NCBI GenBank assembly: GCA_964016885.1
Contig: OZ024740.1
Location: 59,272,001 to 59,336,000, forward strand
Source of the DNA: Eledone cirrhosa
Lineage: Eukaryota
Reading direction: 5' to 3'
Length of the DNA: 64,000 nt
Made by a program: the position numbers and the translations under genes. Shown here piece after piece: positions 62,061 to 64,000 of the stretch. The notes beneath the pieces are model-generated. The model was not told the DNA's origin. It did not search any database and was given only the letters and a program-made list of their open reading frames with translations. How positions within the stretch are numbered: the stretch's first letter is position 1; each line of letters starts with the position of its first letter.

Positions 62061-62263
62061 ATGAATGTATGTATAGTATATTTGACAATATACCGTATGT
62101 TTAATTAAAAACATTTTGAAGACCTTGCGCTAACATTTTTAAAGTAATGACTTCAAAAAAAGTAGTGACATAGTCATTACTTTAAAAATGTTAGCGCAAG
62201 GTCTTCAAAATGTTTTTAATTAAACATACGGTATATTGTCAAATATACTATACATACATTCAT
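62061..62263. repeat. Perfect hairpin, about 92-bp arms, 19-nt loop
   Basis: 62061-62152 is the reverse complement of 62172-62263. Confidence 0.93.
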
Positions 62264-62287
62264 ACATGATGATGATGATGATGATGA

Positions 62288-62389
<102 letters not shown>

Positions 62390-62423
62390 AGCATAGGATT
62401 GAGTGTGTAGTTGCTAGTTAAGG

Positions 62424-62743
62424 TAGCTTAAAATGGAGTGAGAATAAGAAGAAAGCAAGAACGGGGGGGAGTTTTTCTCATCAGTTGTCTACTGGGGGTC
62501 TCTGATATTTCAACGCTTTAAAGAGCGTTCAATAACTGGGTAAGTTATTGGGAAAATGGAGGAGGGAGGGAAGGAAAATAGAAGGGAAAAGGGGAAGAAA
62601 AGTGAAAGCAGCGAAAGTTATTGAATGCTCTGGGTGGTAGATATATTGTCTTTAAAGCGTGGAAATATCTGAGACCCCCAGTAGACAACTGATGAGGAAA
62701 ACTCCCCCGCCCGTTCTTCTTATTCTCACTCCATTTTAAGCTA
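62424..62743. repeat. Imperfect fold-back, about 100-bp outer arms plus 15-bp inner stem around a purine-rich loop
   Basis: 62424-62524 vs 62649-62743; GAGCGTTCAATAACT vs AGTTATTGAATGCTC. Confidence 0.85.
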
Positions 62744-63214
62744 TATAAATATATAAATATATGTGTGTGTGTACATATTTGCCAACATATATCAAATGAT
62801 GATATATGCACATATATAATTGGCTATTATGTAAATTAAGGAATTTTATATACAATTGGAGTAGTGCTAGTCTTGAACAGAACACCTGCAAAAAAAAAAA
62901 CAAATAAAAACACAATGTAGGGGGAAAGTATTGTCTTTAATTTAATTCAACATATTGTCTCAATATTGAATATTATAATGTGTGACAGTTTTTTTAAGGC
63001 ATAGTAACTAAAATTACATTTGCAGAGAAGAAAAACAATTACAGCAGTTATACATTCTTTTGCTTCAAGCTGTTGAAGTGTTTCATCAATACAAACTCCA
63101 CAGTTTCTGTAGCATAAATCTTATTAAATGCCACAAATTAAAGATTTTTTTTAAAACACTGTTAGTGTTTAAAACACAGACTTCCCATTAGAGTTGTCAG
63201 ATCAATTTCTTAAA

Positions 63215-63545
63215 AAGTAGTACAAAATTTTCAAAAAGTAGATTACATGGTGCCTGAATAAGAAACACGATGTTACATGGTAGTGAGACATGAGCAGTGA
63301 ATAAACAAAGGCTAAGAGGGAAATGAAACAAGCATGTTCTGATAGGAGAGTAATGTGGATACATGACTTTAGCAAAGCATAGATGAGCTGAAATGAAAAT
63401 GGGCATAACAGGAATCAAATGCAGTATACAGGAGAGGTGGCTGCATTGATATAGACATATAATTTGTAAGGATGATGATCATTAGATGAAGAAGTACTAA
63501 GTGTTTTAAATGAAAGAAAGCTATAGATGAAGAAGACCATGACAG
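63215..63545 (+). mobile_element. Highly decayed RTE LINE 3' remnant
   Basis: MLHGSET*AV and IQERWLH*YRHI-like motifs. Confidence 0.55.
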
Positions 63546-63554
63546 GAATCATCA

Positions 63555-63940
63555 TCATCATCTTTCGACTCCTCCATGGGCAGTTGGCTCTCTCTTGACA
63601 ATCCCTTTACACATTGTTCGGTCCTGCATTGCTGTCCCCAGATCCCTTATGTCCAACCCTGAGTCCTGAGATATGGTATCTGGAAAGTCAGTTTTCGTGA
63701 ATAGACACATCCAGAGAGATGCCTCAGAAGGAGAGATGAAATGATTTCTTTGTTGGCTCAATGACAGTGACCAGCAAACTGTATTCTTTTTTGCTTGAGT
63801 CTGAGTGATATTGGAATCAAATCTCCATAGACGGTTTCAAGTGTTGCGTGTGATCTCCAGCTTATGTTTTTGATTCTTCTGAGCAGATTTGTATATGCTC
63901 CATCCAGCAGTCTTTCAAGATGACAGGAATAGGCAGAGGT
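63555..63940 (-). mobile_element. RTEX-like LINE 3' fragment
   Basis: LDGAYTNLLRRIKNISWRSHATLETVYGDLIPISLRLKQKRIQFAGHC; (GAT)n tail. Confidence 0.7.
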
Positions 63941-64000
63941 GGTGAAAGCTGCTCTCAAGAAAATGAGTGTTACAAAGAAACAAGTGAAGAGATGTGGTAC

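Noticed and set aside
62689-62710. CTGATGAG suggesting a hammerhead
   Set aside because: No stem II/GAAA/stem III/stem I arrangement could be built in type I, II or III order.

Overview
AT-rich, microsatellite-rich animal genomic DNA. The SINE/LINE repertoire suggests an octopod cephalopod (inference). One complete intron-containing gene can be reconstructed on the minus strand: a 9-exon, 367-aa STAR-family RNA-binding protein of the Sam68/SLM (KHDRBS) type, CDS 17547 to 8124, with consistent GT-AG introns and phases. Most of the rest is transposon-derived: an RTE-clade LINE with a PHD finger nested in the 5' UTR of a Tx1-clade LINE, a second deleted Tx1 copy, four R4/Dong-clade copies stacked in (TAA)n repeats, RTE/RTEX/CRE remnants, many tRNA-derived SINEs, TTAA-flanked piggyBac-like MITEs and non-autonomous Helitrons. 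The least expected signal is a set of about eight type I hammerhead-ribozyme motifs of the Penelope/retrozyme style, mostly in short non-coding elements next to (TA)n tracts. One has an intact core (22728-22798) and one lies in a 591-nt unit with a terminal direct repeat (39670-40312). Also noted: candidate 3'-UTR intron and poison exons that could give NMD autoregulation of the STAR gene, a possible chain of two 18-nt microexons plus a terminal exon of an unidentified upstream gene, and four long fold-back inverted repeats. All calls were made by eye; no database search or folding program was run.
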